The notes below the pieces were generated by a model. That model was not told the DNA's origin, made no database searches, and saw nothing but the letters and a program-made list of their open reading frames with translations. A stretch of DNA of 64,000 nt, taken from Alphaproteobacteria bacterium (lineage in GTDB: Bacteria; Pseudomonadota; Alphaproteobacteria; GCA-2731375). The position numbers and the translations under genes were made by a program. Position 1 is the first letter of the stretch. Each line of letters opens with the position of its first letter. Shown here piece by piece: positions 1 through 12,913 of this stretch. The stretch lies in contig CBDDPY010000002.1 in assembly GCA_965232515.1 (NCBI GenBank), forward strand, positions 896,001-960,000. Reading direction: 5' to 3'.

Positions 1-630
1 GACCTGTTGACCGAGGCTCTGACGCATCCCTCGGTCGATACCTCGCGGCAGGCCGGCCGCGACTACGACCGGCTGGAGTTTCTCGGTGACCGCGTCCTGG
101 GGCTAATCGTCTCCAGTCGGCTGTTCGCCCGGTTTCCAGAGGCCGATGCCGGCGATCTTGCGGTCCGGTTCAACGCGCTCGTTCGCAAGGAAACGGTCGC
201 CGACGTGGCCCAGGCCATCGACCTCGGCGACTTTCTTCGCCTGTCGAAAAGCGAAAGCCAGGGCGGCGGCCGCGCCAAGCCGGCGATCCTGGCGAACGCG
301 CTGGAGGCGGTGATCGGCGCGCTGTATCTGGATGGCGGTTTGGCGGCGGCCGAGGCCTTTGTCGACGCGCATTGGTCGGAACGCGTGAACCGGACCTCGC
401 ACGCCATGAAGGACGCCAAGACGCGCCTGCAGGAATGGGCGCAAAAGGACGCCATGCCGCCGCCGACCTATAACATCGTGGCGCAGGACGGACCGGCGCA
501 CGACCCGGTGTTCACGGTCGAGGTCACCGTCGGCGACCGTCCGCCGATGCAGGCCGAGGGCAAGTCGCGTCGCGCCGCAGAGCAGGCCGTGGCGGCCGCC
601 ATGCTGGCGACACTCGATCTCGATGACTGA
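1..630 (+). CDS. rnc: Ribonuclease III (5'-truncated by window edge)
   Basis: ALTHPS and RLEFLGDRVL signature, C-terminal dsRBD (KTRLQEWAQ...GPAHDPVF); frame open from base 1; precedes era. Confidence 0.97.
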   Translation, partial: DLLTEALTHPSVDTSRQAGRDYDRLEFLGDRVLGLIVSSRLFARFPEADAGDLAVRFNALVRKETVADVAQAIDLGDFLRLSKSESQGGGRAKPAILANALEAVIGALYLDGGLAAAEAFVDAHWSERVNRTSHAMKDAKTRLQEWAQKDAMPPPTYNIVAQDGPAHDPVFTVEVTVGDRPPMQAEGKSRRAAEQAVAAAMLATLDLDD

Positions 631-1531
631 GACGGCCGAGCCCACGCGCTGCGGCTTCGTCGCCGTCGTCGGCGCGCCCAACGCCGGTAAGTCGACGCTG
701 ACCAACCAGCTCGTGGGCGCCAAGGTCTCGATCGTAACCCGCAAGGTCCAGACGACCCGGGCCCGCATCACCGCCATCGCCGTCACCGGCGCCGCGCAGA
801 TCGTGTTCGTCGACACGCCCGGCATCTTCGAGCCGAAGCGACGGCTGGAGCGCGCCATGGTCGATGCCGCCTGGAGCGGGATCGGCGATGCCGACATCGT
901 CGTGCTGCTGGTCGATGCGCAGACCGGCCGGACCGACGACACGGACCGGATTATCGCCGGCTTGAAGGCGGCGGGCCGGCAGGCGGTTCTGGCCCTCAAT
1001 AAGGTCGATCTGGTGAAACGGCCGAACCTGCTGGCGCTGGCGGCGGCACTGAACGAGGAAGGCGTCTTTACGGACACCTTCATGATCTCGGCGCTCCAGG
1101 GCGACGGCACGGCGGACCTGTTGGCGCATCTGGCCGCCGCGGTGCCGGCGGGGCCGTGGCTTTATCCCGAGGACCAGCTCTCGGACATCTCCGAACGCCT
1201 GCTGGCCGCCGAGATCACCCGCGAGAAGGTGTTTCTGCAGCTGCATGAAGAACTGCCTTATTCGATCACGGTCGAGACGGAGAACTGGCAGGAGCGGAAG
1301 GACGGCAGCGTCCGTATCGAGCAGGTCATTTACGTTCGCCGGGACACCCAGAAGGGCATCGTCTTGGGCAAGGGCGGCCGGCAGGTCAAACAGATCGGCG
1401 CCGACGCCCGGCAGGAGATGGAGACGGTGTTCGATCGGCGGGTGCACCTGTTCCTGTTCGTCAAGGTGCGCGAGAATTGGGTCGACGATCCCGAGCGCTA
1501 TCGCGAGATGGGGCTGGAGTTCCCGCGCTAA
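623..1531 (+). CDS. era: GTPase Era
   Basis: GAPNAGKS, DTPG, NKVD motifs; KH domain (EELPY, GIVLGKGG). Confidence 0.98.
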   Translation: MTETAEPTRCGFVAVVGAPNAGKSTLTNQLVGAKVSIVTRKVQTTRARITAIAVTGAAQIVFVDTPGIFEPKRRLERAMVDAAWSGIGDADIVVLLVDAQTGRTDDTDRIIAGLKAAGRQAVLALNKVDLVKRPNLLALAAALNEEGVFTDTFMISALQGDGTADLLAHLAAAVPAGPWLYPEDQLSDISERLLAAEITREKVFLQLHEELPYSITVETENWQERKDGSVRIEQVIYVRRDTQKGIVLGKGGRQVKQIGADARQEMETVFDRRVHLFLFVKVRENWVDDPERYREMGLEFPR

Positions 1532-1563
1532 CCACGGGATCGCCTTAGGAAACGGACGTCTGC

Positions 1564-2315
1564 ATGCACTGGAGCGACGACGGCATCGTGCTTTCCGTGC
1601 GCCGCCACGGCGAGACCTCGGCCGTCGTCAGCCTGCTGACCCGACGGCACGGCCGGCATGCCGGCCTCGTGCGCGGCGGGGCCGGACGGCGGCTGCGCGG
1701 CATCCTGCAGCCCGGCAACGAGGTCAGCGCCGAATGGCGCGCGCGGCTGGCCGAGCATCTCGGCACCTTCGCCGTCGAGCCCGGCCGGGCCCGCGTCGCC
1801 GAATTGCTGGACGATCCGGCCCGGTTGGCGGCGCTCGCGGCGGCCTGCGCCGTGACCGAAGCGTCACTGCCGGAACGCGAGCCGCACCCGGCGCTGTTCG
1901 ACGCGCTGAGGATACTGCTGGACTCGCTGGCCGACGGCGAGACCTGGCCCGCCGTCTACGTGCGCTGGGAAATGGGCCTGCTGCAGGAACTGGGCTTCGG
2001 TCTCGATCTCTCGCGCTGCGCCGCCACCGGCGATGTGGACGATCTGGCCTATGTCTCGCCCAAGAGCGGCCGGGCCGTCAGCCGGACCGCCGCCGAGCCA
2101 TACAAGCACCGCCTGCTGCCGCTGCCGGCTTTCCTGCTCGGCGCGCAAACGGGACTGCCGGACCGCAACGATCTGAAAAACGGCCTCGCGCTAACGGGTT
2201 ATTTCCTCGATCGGCACATATTCGCCGGCAGGAATACAACCGCGCCCCCGGCGCGCAATCGACTGGTTGAGAAATTTAAAGTAGCACCCACAACATCTGG
2301 TGATAATGTCCCGGC

Positions 2316-2319
<4 letters not shown>
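1564..2319 (+). CDS. recO: DNA repair protein RecO
   Basis: [12 protein letters not shown]-terminus, [14 protein letters not shown]...[11 protein letters not shown]; rnc-era-recO order. Confidence 0.96.
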
Positions 2320-4541
<2,222 letters not shown>

Positions 4542-4570
4542 CGTCTCCCCCAAGTTTCTTGGGAGAGACC

Positions 4571-6205
4571 ATGGGTAACGACGCGGCCGAGACGGTCTAT
4601 CAGGCATTCCGGCGGACGGCTGAAACGCATCCCGACAACGCCTTTCTGTGCGCGCCGGCGCTGCCCGGCCGCGACTATCATCCCGAAGGCATCGAATACA
4701 GCTATGGCGAGGCCGCCGATGCGGTCGAAGGCCTGAAGTCGACCTACGCCGCCGCCGGCTTCGGCCACGGCCATCGAGTCGCCTTGCTGCTGGAACAGCG
4801 GCCGGAACACTTCTTCCAATACCTGGCGCTGAATGCGCTCGGCGTCAGCATCGTGCCGGTCAATCCCGATTATCGGCACGACGAGATGCTGTACCAGATG
4901 GACCATTCCGAGGCCGATCTCGCCGTCGTACTGGCGAAGCGGCTGGACGACATGCGGGCGGTGGCGGCGGATCGCGACAAGCCGTTGCCGGTGGTCGCGT
5001 TCGAGGACTTTCCCGACACGCTGCCGTCGCCCGGACCGGCGCCACTGGACGGCGCGCCCGGCCTCGCGACCGAAGGCAGCCTGATGTACACCTCCGGCAC
5101 CACCGGCCGGCCCAAGGGCTGCATCCTGACCAATGAGTATTACTTGAATGGCGGCCAGTGGTATTTCGACATGGGCGGGGCCCTGACGATCCGGCACGGC
5201 GCCGACCGGCTGTACAATCCGCTGCCGGCCTTCCACATGAATTGCGGCGCCAACAGCGTCACCATGTGCATCCTGTCGGCCAACTGCCTGATCCTGCCGG
5301 ACCGTTTCCATCCGACGCGCTGGTGGTCCGATCTGGTCGAGACCCGGGCCACCATCATCCACTATCTCGGCGTGATCGCGCCGTTGTTGTTGAACCAGGC
5401 CGAGGCGCCGGAAGAACGCCAGCATCAGGTCCGTTTCGGCCTGGGCGCCGGCATCGAGCCAGAGCTGCACGAGGTCTTCGAGAAGCGCTTCGGCCTGAAG
5501 CTGGTCGAGGTCTGGGGCATGACCGAGACCGGCCGGATCCTGGGCGACAACCAAGAGCCGCGACAGATCCACACCCGCGCATTTGGCCGGCCGCTGCCGG
5601 GCCTGGAAGCCCGGGTCGTGGACGACGACGACAACGACGTACCGGTCGGCACGGAGGGCGAGTTGCTGGTACGTCACACAGCCGACGAACCGCGGCGCGC
5701 CTTCTTCGCCGGCTATCTTAAGAACGAAGAGGCGACGGCCGAGGCCTGGCGTGGCGGCTGGTTTCACACCGGCGACACGGTGCGGCAGTCGGACGACGGC
5801 ATGCTTTACTTCGTCGATCGCAAGAAGAACATCATCCGCCGCTCGGGCGAGAACATCGCCGGCGCCGAAATCGAGGCCTGCCTGCAGGCCCATGACGGCG
5901 TGGCGCAGGTCGCCGTCATCGCCGCCCCGGACGAGATGCGCGACGAGGAGGTGATGGCCTGTATCGTGCCGATGCCCGGCGCCGGTCGTGACGCGGCGGC
6001 CGCTGAAATCCTGTTCGACTGGTGTTTCGAACGGCTTGCCTACTACAAGGCGCCGGGTTGGCTGCTGTTCGTCGACAGCCTGCCGACCACGGGCACCCAG
6101 AAGGTGCAGAAGGCGCAGATCTTCGCTCCCGACGAAGACCCGCGCTCACGCGCCGGCATCCACGATTTCCGCCCGCGCAAGAAACGCCGGCGGCAGGCGA
6201 GCTAA
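4571..6205 (+). CDS. ATP-dependent acyl-CoA ligase (CaiC-like AMP-binding protein)
   Basis: YTSGTTGRPKG, WGMTE, GWFHTGD, TGTQKVQK; ATG 4571 follows GGGAGAG. Confidence 0.9.
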   Translation: MGNDAAETVYQAFRRTAETHPDNAFLCAPALPGRDYHPEGIEYSYGEAADAVEGLKSTYAAAGFGHGHRVALLLEQRPEHFFQYLALNALGVSIVPVNPDYRHDEMLYQMDHSEADLAVVLAKRLDDMRAVAADRDKPLPVVAFEDFPDTLPSPGPAPLDGAPGLATEGSLMYTSGTTGRPKGCILTNEYYLNGGQWYFDMGGALTIRHGADRLYNPLPAFHMNCGANSVTMCILSANCLILPDRFHPTRWWSDLVETRATIIHYLGVIAPLLLNQAEAPEERQHQVRFGLGAGIEPELHEVFEKRFGLKLVEVWGMTETGRILGDNQEPRQIHTRAFGRPLPGLEARVVDDDDNDVPVGTEGELLVRHTADEPRRAFFAGYLKNEEATAEAWRGGWFHTGDTVRQSDDGMLYFVDRKKNIIRRSGENIAGAEIEACLQAHDGVAQVAVIAAPDEMRDEEVMACIVPMPGAGRDAAAAEILFDWCFERLAYYKAPGWLLFVDSLPTTGTQKVQKAQIFAPDEDPRSRAGIHDFRPRKKRRRQAS

Positions 6206-7800
6206 ACGGCGAAGGATCCGAACAGGATCCGCGGCAGCCAGTTTACGATTTCCGGGAAGAAGCCGAGGATCACCAGCGCCAGCACCTGGATGATCACGAA
6301 CGGCGCGGCGCCGCGATAGATGTGCCCCGTCGTTACCGTTTCCGGCGCTACGCCGCGCAAGTAGAACAGCGCGAAGCCGAACGGCGGCGTCAGGAACGAT
6401 GTCTGCAGGTTCATCGCCATCATCACCCCGAGCCAGATCGGATTGATGTCGAACTGCAGCAGGATCGGCGCGACGATCGGCACCACCACGAAGGTGATCT
6501 CGAGGAAGTCGAGGAAGAAGCCGAGGATGAACATGGTGAACATGACCACCAGCATGGCGCCGACGAACCCGCCCGGCAGGCTGGTCAGGAAGGCGTGCAC
6601 CATGTCGTCGCCGCCGAGCGCCCGGAAAATCAGGCTGAACAAGGCCGCGCCGATAACGATGGTGAAGACCATCGCGTTGATCATCATGGTCGCCTGCATG
6701 ATCTCGGACAGAATGCCGAGCCTGTAAAGCCGGACCAGCGAGACCAGAACGCCCCAGGCGAGTCCGATGCTGCAGATACCGGCGGCGACGATGCCGATCA
6801 TGTTGACGGTCGTGATCTCGTTCAGCCCGACCCGGAGATCGAGGGTATTGGTCAGGATCAGCATCACGATCATGGCGCCGGCGGCGACATAGATCGGCGC
6901 GCCGCTCGACTCGGAGACTCGCAGGCCCGCTAGCAGCAGGGCGCCGATGGCGCCGACGCCGGCGGCTTCCGTCGGGGTGGCCACGCCGGCCAGGATCGAG
7001 CCCAGCACGGCGACGATCAGCACCAGCGGCGGCACCAGCGCGTGCAACACCCGGATCAGCATCGACACATCGCCTTGCGACGACGACGCGAGCTGTTCGC
7101 GCGGAATGGCCGGCGCCGCCTCCGGACGGGTCAGCGCCACCATCATGGTGTAGAGCATATAGGCGCCGACGAGCAGCAGGCCAGGCAGCAGCGCGCCCGC
7201 GAACAGGTCACCGACCGACACCGGCTCCGGCGACCAGTTGCCCAGCTCGCGCTGCGCGTCCACATAGGCATTCGAGATCTGGTCGCCCAGCACCACCAGC
7301 ACGATCGACGGCGGGATGATCTGGCCCAGCGTGCCGGACGCGCTGATCACGCCGCAGGCCAGCTTCGGATCGTAGCCGCGGCGCAGCATGGTCGGTAGGC
7401 TGAGCAGGCCCATGGTGACGACGGTGGCGCCGACGATGCCGGTGGAGGCCGCCAGCAACGCGCCGACGACGCAGACCGCGAGGCCGAGACCGCCCTGCAG
7501 CCGGCCGAACAGCATGCCCATGGTGTCGAGCAGCTCTTCAGCGACCTTCGAACGCTCGAGCGTCACGCCCATGAACACGAACAGCGGCACCGCCAGCAGC
7601 ACCGTGTTGGTCATGGCGTTGCCGTAAATCCGCGACGGCATGGCGCCCAGGAAACTGACGTCGAACACGCCGAACAGATAGGCGATCCCGGCGAACAGCA
7701 GCGACGTGCCGGCCAGCGTGAAGGCCACTGGGAAGCCGAGCATCAAGAAGCCGCAGACGGCGACGAACATCAGGATATCGAGCGCTTCCTTGATGAACAT
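6202..7800 (-). CDS. TRAP transporter large permease (DctM)
   Basis: Polytopic; GTLGQIIPPS, ATPTEAAGVGA, QTSFLTPPFGFALFYL. Confidence 0.93.
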   Translation of the reverse strand: MFIKEALDILMFVAVCGFLMLGFPVAFTLAGTSLLFAGIAYLFGVFDVSFLGAMPSRIYGNAMTNTVLLAVPLFVFMGVTLERSKVAEELLDTMGMLFGRLQGGLGLAVCVVGALLAASTGIVGATVVTMGLLSLPTMLRRGYDPKLACGVISASGTLGQIIPPSIVLVVLGDQISNAYVDAQRELGNWSPEPVSVGDLFAGALLPGLLLVGAYMLYTMMVALTRPEAAPAIPREQLASSSQGDVSMLIRVLHALVPPLVLIVAVLGSILAGVATPTEAAGVGAIGALLLAGLRVSESSGAPIYVAAGAMIVMLILTNTLDLRVGLNEITTVNMIGIVAAGICSIGLAWGVLVSLVRLYRLGILSEIMQATMMINAMVFTIVIGAALFSLIFRALGGDDMVHAFLTSLPGGFVGAMLVVMFTMFILGFFLDFLEITFVVVPIVAPILLQFDINPIWLGVMMAMNLQTSFLTPPFGFALFYLRGVAPETVTTGHIYRGAAPFVIIQVLALVILGFFPEIVNWLPRILFGSFAV

Positions 7801-7803
7801 CGC

Positions 7804-8346
7804 CTACAGCCCCTCGTGCTGCTCTTCGGGCATGGGCGCTTCCACGCCGATCAACACCAGGCTCGCGTGGATAGCCATCGAGATGCCTTGCAGGATGAGC
7901 ACGCCGCTGAACAGCAGGATCGAGGTCTTCAACAGGAACACGGCGGGGATGCCGCTGGTTTCCTGCGAGCCCTCCAGATTGGCCCAGGAATCGGCGACAT
8001 AGGGAAACGAGATCCAGAAGATCATGATGCAAACCGGCAGCAGAAACACGCAGACGCCGAACAGATCGGTCATCGCTTTCCGCTTCAACGGGGCTTCGCG
8101 ATAGAAGATATCGACTCGAACGTGACCGTCATGCAGGAGCGTATAGCCGGCGCCCAACAGGAAGTTGAAGCCGTGCATATAGACGATCGACTCCTGCAGG
8201 AAGATCGAGCCGATGCCGAACACGTAGCGCATGACCACGACGATGAACTGGACCAGGACCATCGTCAGTGACAGCCAGGCGACGCCGCGTCCGATAACAT
8301 TGTTGAACTGGTCGATGGCCCTCGCCACCGGCGCAAGAGACTGCAA
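7804..8346 (-). CDS. TRAP transporter small permease (DctQ)
   Basis: 4 TM segments, VVVMRYVF and GHVRVDIFY motifs; directly upstream of DctM. Confidence 0.92.
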   Translation of the reverse strand: MQSLAPVARAIDQFNNVIGRGVAWLSLTMVLVQFIVVVMRYVFGIGSIFLQESIVYMHGFNFLLGAGYTLLHDGHVRVDIFYREAPLKRKAMTDLFGVCVFLLPVCIMIFWISFPYVADSWANLEGSQETSGIPAVFLLKTSILLFSGVLILQGISMAIHASLVLIGVEAPMPEEQHEGL

Positions 8347-8473
8347 TCCGCCACCCCGTCGTCATGCCCGTTCGGACACGTTGATTTTGCGTTGCAGTAT
8401 GGCGGAACGGATCTGGGGAGTATAGGCAAAAGCGCGCGACCGGGGCGCGTCATTTTGACCGGTTAGCTCGGCG

Positions 8474-9199
8474 TCAGCGCTCGATTTCGCGCCAACCGTC
8501 GTGGCCCAGCGCCTCGACCGGCTCGAAGCGGGTTTTGTAAGACATCTTCGAGCTCGCCTCGATCCAATAGCCGAGATAAACGTAAGGCAAATTCAATTCC
8601 CGGGCGTAGGTGATGTGCCAGAGGATGATGAAGGTGCCGGGGCTGTAGGCGGCGTAATCCGGGTCGAAGAAGCTGTAGACCAGCGACAGACCATCGTCGA
8701 GCAGATCGGTCAGGCAGACGCCGTAGAGCGTGCCGTCGGCATCGCGGAATTCGATCACCCGCGACGAGATTGGCGTGTCCTGGATCATGGCGACGTAATC
8801 GTCGAACGTCATCGCCGCCATGCCGCCGTCGGCGTGACGGGATTCCACGTAGCGGCGAAACAGGTCGTAGTGACCGCTGAGCGCCACCGGCGGCACGGTA
8901 TGGCCGCGTATCCGGTCGTTGCGGTTTAAAATCCGACGGAACGAGCGGCTTGGGCGGAAGTCGGCGGCCCTGATCCGGACCGGCACGCAGGCATTGCAGC
9001 CCAGGCAGCTCGGCTTGTAGGCAATCGACTGGCTGCGCCGGAACCCGGCCCGCGACAGGCGGTCGTGCAGCTCCGACGGCGTGCCGCTCGTCGCCAGCTC
9101 GGTGAACACCATCTGTTCCATCCGACCCGGCAGATACGGACACGGCGCCGGCCGCGACAGATAGAAATAGGTTAACGTCTCAGGTTTGAACGGCCGCAC
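8474..9199 (-). CDS. bpt: Aspartate/glutamate leucyltransferase Bpt (arginyltransferase-like, N-degron pathway)
   Basis: PCPYLPG, GFRRS, CxxCxAC, YSFFDPD, YVYLGYWI..S.KM.YK. Confidence 0.92.
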   Translation of the reverse strand: MRPFKPETLTYFYLSRPAPCPYLPGRMEQMVFTELATSGTPSELHDRLSRAGFRRSQSIAYKPSCLGCNACVPVRIRAADFRPSRSFRRILNRNDRIRGHTVPPVALSGHYDLFRRYVESRHADGGMAAMTFDDYVAMIQDTPISSRVIEFRDADGTLYGVCLTDLLDDGLSLVYSFFDPDYAAYSPGTFIILWHITYARELNLPYVYLGYWIEASSKMSYKTRFEPVEALGHDGWREIER

Positions 9200-9220
9200 A
9201 ACCAGTCTGTCCCCTGTCCC

Positions 9221-11020
9221 CTAAAGACCATAATACCATGGTGCGAAGCAGGTGAAGGTTAACCAGACAATAAAAATGAGCGGACCGCCAGCCCGCAAAA
9301 AGTCGCTGAAACGATAGTGACCTGGCGCCATCACCAGCAGGTTGGTCTGGTAACCCATCGGCGTCGCGAACGAGCAATTGGCGGCGAAGACCACGGCATA
9401 GACGAAGGGAAGAGGCGCCACCCCCAGCTCCAGGGCGGTGCCGACGGCAATCGGCGTGAACAGTACCGCGGTGGCGTTATTGCTCATCACGTTGGTCAGC
9501 AGCGCGATCAGCAGGAACATGGCTGACAGCGTGACCGCCGGACCGAAGCCGGAAAAGACCGAGACGATCACATGCGCCAGGAAACCGGCGCCGCCGGTTT
9601 CCTGCAACGCCGCGCCCATGGCCAGAGCCGCGGCGATCAACAGAATGACGCGGCGGTCGGCTGCGCGCGCCGCCTGATGGATATTCAGACAACCGGTCGC
9701 GATCATGGCCGCGGCGCCGGCAAGGCCCGCGATGGCGATGGGCACGATGTCGACGGCGGCGACGGCGATCACGCCAAGGAAGATCAGCAGGGCACGTCGC
9801 GCCAGCGCCGCCGCCGGCACGTCATGCGCCGACCATTCGAGCAGCAGTACGTCCCGGTTGGCGCGGAGCGCCTGCACGGCCTCACGGCGGCCGACCACGA
9901 GCAGAACGTCGCCGGCCTCAAGGCGGATCTCGTCCATGCTGGCACGGATCATCCGCGACCGCCGCTGCACGCCCAGCACGATGCATTCGGTCTGATAGCG
10001 GAAACCGATCTGCTGCAGATTGCGGCCGATCATCCGTGACGCCGGCGCCACCACGACCTCCACCAGAACCTGATCGGTACCGCCCACCCGGTCGCCCTCC
10101 GGCAGAAGATCGGCGGTCTTGGCCAGCGCCTCGGTCAGCGCCTGCCGGGTCGCGGCGATGATCAGGACATCGCCCGGCATCAACGTGACCTCGTCGAACA
10201 ACGGTAAAAAGGCGTGTTCGCCGCGCTGGATCAATCGGACCGTGATGTCGGGCATGTTGGGGATCATGCCGGCGATGATGTTTTGTCCCACCAGGCCGCT
10301 GTCCGGGCGGACGGCGATCCGGGCGATGTACTGCTTGCCGTCGCCGCCGACGATCTCGCGCGCCATCGAGGCCCGATCGGGCAGCAGCCGCGGCGCAATG
10401 AAGAGGACATAAAGCAAACCGACGGCGGCAATGACGGCGCCCGGCACGACGAAATCGAAAAACCCAATGGGCGCATAACCCAGGCCGGTCAGCGCGCCCG
10501 AGACCAGAAGATTGGTGCTGGATCCAATCAAGGTCGTCATGCCGCCCAGGATGGCCGCGAAGCTCAGCGGGATCAGCAATCCGCTGACCGACCGCTGCAC
10601 CCGTTGGGCCAGCGCCACCATGATCGGGATGAAAATAACGACGACGGGCGTGTTGTTCATGATCGCGCTGAGCAGGGCGACGATGACCAACACCACGGCC
10701 GTGGCCATCACGGGGTGCTGCCGCCGCAGCAGCGACAGGCGTCGGATCGCGTTGTCGAGCGCGCCCGTCCGGACCAGCCCCTGGCCGACCACCAGCAGTG
10801 CAATAACCGCGATCAACGCCGGATCGGCGAAACCGGCGAGCAGTTGCCGGCTGTCCAGCGCGCCCTCGACGGGGGCGAAGTGGAACAAGAGCAGCAGCGC
10901 GGCGATCAGGCTGGTCGACGTCAATTCCATGGGGATGCGTTCGACCGCGTAGCTGATCAACGCCGCAACGATCAACCCGAAGGTCGGCCACATCTGCCAA
11001 GCCATATCGAGCACCGGCAT
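9221..11020 (-). CDS. SLC13-family permease with two TrkA-C domains
   Basis: GGMTTLIGSSTNLLV, SNNATA, FATPMGYQTN; soluble central region; alternative GTG start at 11089. Confidence 0.88.
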   Translation of the reverse strand: MPVLDMAWQMWPTFGLIVAALISYAVERIPMELTSTSLIAALLLLFHFAPVEGALDSRQLLAGFADPALIAVIALLVVGQGLVRTGALDNAIRRLSLLRRQHPVMATAVVLVIVALLSAIMNNTPVVVIFIPIMVALAQRVQRSVSGLLIPLSFAAILGGMTTLIGSSTNLLVSGALTGLGYAPIGFFDFVVPGAVIAAVGLLYVLFIAPRLLPDRASMAREIVGGDGKQYIARIAVRPDSGLVGQNIIAGMIPNMPDITVRLIQRGEHAFLPLFDEVTLMPGDVLIIAATRQALTEALAKTADLLPEGDRVGGTDQVLVEVVVAPASRMIGRNLQQIGFRYQTECIVLGVQRRSRMIRASMDEIRLEAGDVLLVVGRREAVQALRANRDVLLLEWSAHDVPAAALARRALLIFLGVIAVAAVDIVPIAIAGLAGAAAMIATGCLNIHQAARAADRRVILLIAAALAMGAALQETGGAGFLAHVIVSVFSGFGPAVTLSAMFLLIALLTNVMSNNATAVLFTPIAVGTALELGVAPLPFVYAVVFAANCSFATPMGYQTNLLVMAPGHYRFSDFLRAGGPLIFIVWLTFTCFAPWYYGL

Positions 11021-11182
11021 CGCCGCGCCTATGCCCGTGCCGTCCAGGGCCGCGTGCGGCCGCGTCGAACAGAGGCCGACACGGTCCACGTCATTCCGGT
11101 ATCATCCCGAAAAACATGGCGGGTTCGCCACGCCGCGCGGACCGGTTTGCTGGAGGAAGCCAACGATGAACTGTGAGCCGGC

Positions 11183-12406
11183 ATGAGCGTCTCGATCGAC
11201 GACATCCGCCGCGCCGCCGAGCAGTTGCACGGCGCGGTCGTTCGTACGCCTTGCACACATTCGCGGAAAATCTCTGCCATCGTCGGCGCCGATATCTTCG
11301 TCAAATACGAAAACCAGCAATTCACGTCCTCATTCAAGGACCGTGGCGCGTGTGTCAAGCTGTTGAGCCTGTCCGAAGCGCAACGCCGTGCCGGGGTGAT
11401 CGCGATGTCGGCCGGCAATCACGCCCAGGGCGTCGCCTATCACGCGCAGCGCCTCGACGTCCCGGCGACGATCGTCATGCCGCGCGGCACGCCGAACGTG
11501 AAGGTCAGCCAGACATTGGCCTTCGGCGCCGAAGTCCGCCTCGAGGGCGAAACCGTGGAAGACGCGGCGCAATTCGCCGAGACGCTGCAGTCCGAACGCG
11601 GATTGACATTCATTCACCCTTATGACGACGACTGGATCATTGCCGGGCAGGGCACGGCGGCACTCGAGATGTTCGAGGACGTGCCCGACATCGACACGTT
11701 GATCGTACCGATCGGCGGCGGCGGATTGATCGCGGGCGCCGCGCTTGTCGCCGAGGCTCGCGATCCGGCAATCGAGGTCTTCGGAGTCGAGTCCGAGCTC
11801 TATCCGTCGATGCGGCAGATGCTGCAAGGCGAACCGGTCGCCTGCGGCGGCCAGACATTGGCCGAAGGCATCGCCGTGAAAGCGCCCGGCAAGCGCACGC
11901 TGGCGATCGCCAAACGGCTGGTGCGCGATGTCCTGCTGGTTTCCGAGGGCGACATCGAACGGGCGATCTGTCTGTTCCTCGAGGCCGAACGCACCGTCGC
12001 CGAAGGCGCGGGCGCGGCGGGTCTCGCCGCGCTCCTCGCCGATCCCGGCCGCTTTGCCGGACGTCGGCTGGGGTTGATCCTCTGCGGCGGCAACATCGAC
12101 GCCCGCATGCTGGCCTCGCTGCTGATGCGCGCGTTGGTGCGGGACGGCCGGATTGCGCGGCTGCGGATCGAAATCAGCGACCGGCCGGGCACGCTCGCCG
12201 CCGTGTCCGGCCTGGTGGCGGAAACGCAGGCCAACATTCTGGACGTGGCCCACCAGCGCTTGTTCCCCGAACTGCCCGCGAAGCTGGCCGACCTCGACAT
12301 GGTGGTCGAGACCCGCGATCAAGCGCATATCGACGAGATCGTGTCGACGCTCGAAAGCGCCGGCTACACGGTTCGTCTGCTGGAGAACTCGCCGACTGGC
12401 GATTAG
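11183..12406 (+). CDS. ilvA: Threonine ammonia-lyase with C-terminal ACT domain
   Basis: SFKDRGA (PLP Lys), SAGNHAQG, PIGGGGLI, GGNID, ACT motif DRPGTLA. Confidence 0.88.
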   Translation: MSVSIDDIRRAAEQLHGAVVRTPCTHSRKISAIVGADIFVKYENQQFTSSFKDRGACVKLLSLSEAQRRAGVIAMSAGNHAQGVAYHAQRLDVPATIVMPRGTPNVKVSQTLAFGAEVRLEGETVEDAAQFAETLQSERGLTFIHPYDDDWIIAGQGTAALEMFEDVPDIDTLIVPIGGGGLIAGAALVAEARDPAIEVFGVESELYPSMRQMLQGEPVACGGQTLAEGIAVKAPGKRTLAIAKRLVRDVLLVSEGDIERAICLFLEAERTVAEGAGAAGLAALLADPGRFAGRRLGLILCGGNIDARMLASLLMRALVRDGRIARLRIEISDRPGTLAAVSGLVAETQANILDVAHQRLFPELPAKLADLDMVVETRDQAHIDEIVSTLESAGYTVRLLENSPTGD

Positions 12407-12894
12407 GCGTCGGTTCCGTCGTCGACCTGGCAGTAACGGCTGCGGAAGTACAGCAGCGGTTCGCCGCCGTCGGAATAATCGGCCCGGACGACCCGGCCGA
12501 TGAAAATCACATGGTCGCCGCCGTCGTGGATCGCCTCTGTGGTGCACTCGAACACCGCGATGGCGTCCGGCAACACCGGGCATCCGGTCTCGCCGGCCTC
12601 ATGCGCGATGCCGTTCCAACGGCTTTCGCCGGGCGTGGCGAACTTCGCGGAAACGGCGACATGCTCCTGGCCCAGGACGTTGACCGCGAACTTGCCGGCC
12701 GACACGTATTCGTCGAAACAGCTTGCGTCCCGGGCCAGGCTGAACAGCACCAACGGTGGATCGAGCGAGACCGAGTTGAACGAGTTGACCGTGACGCCCA
12801 ACCCGTAGCCGTCCGGCCCGACCGTCGAGACGATCGTCACGCCGGTCGCGAACCGTCCCATCGCATCGCGGAAGGCACGTGCGTCCAAACTCAT
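12403..12894 (-). CDS. Flavin reductase family protein
   Basis: FRDAMGRFATGVT, SVSLDPPLVL, GGDHVIFIGRV. Confidence 0.93.
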   Translation of the reverse strand: MSLDARAFRDAMGRFATGVTIVSTVGPDGYGLGVTVNSFNSVSLDPPLVLFSLARDASCFDEYVSAGKFAVNVLGQEHVAVSAKFATPGESRWNGIAHEAGETGCPVLPDAIAVFECTTEAIHDGGDHVIFIGRVVRADYSDGGEPLLYFRSRYCQVDDGTDA

Positions 12895-12913
12895 TTCTGG
12901 AAAATTTTCTCTG

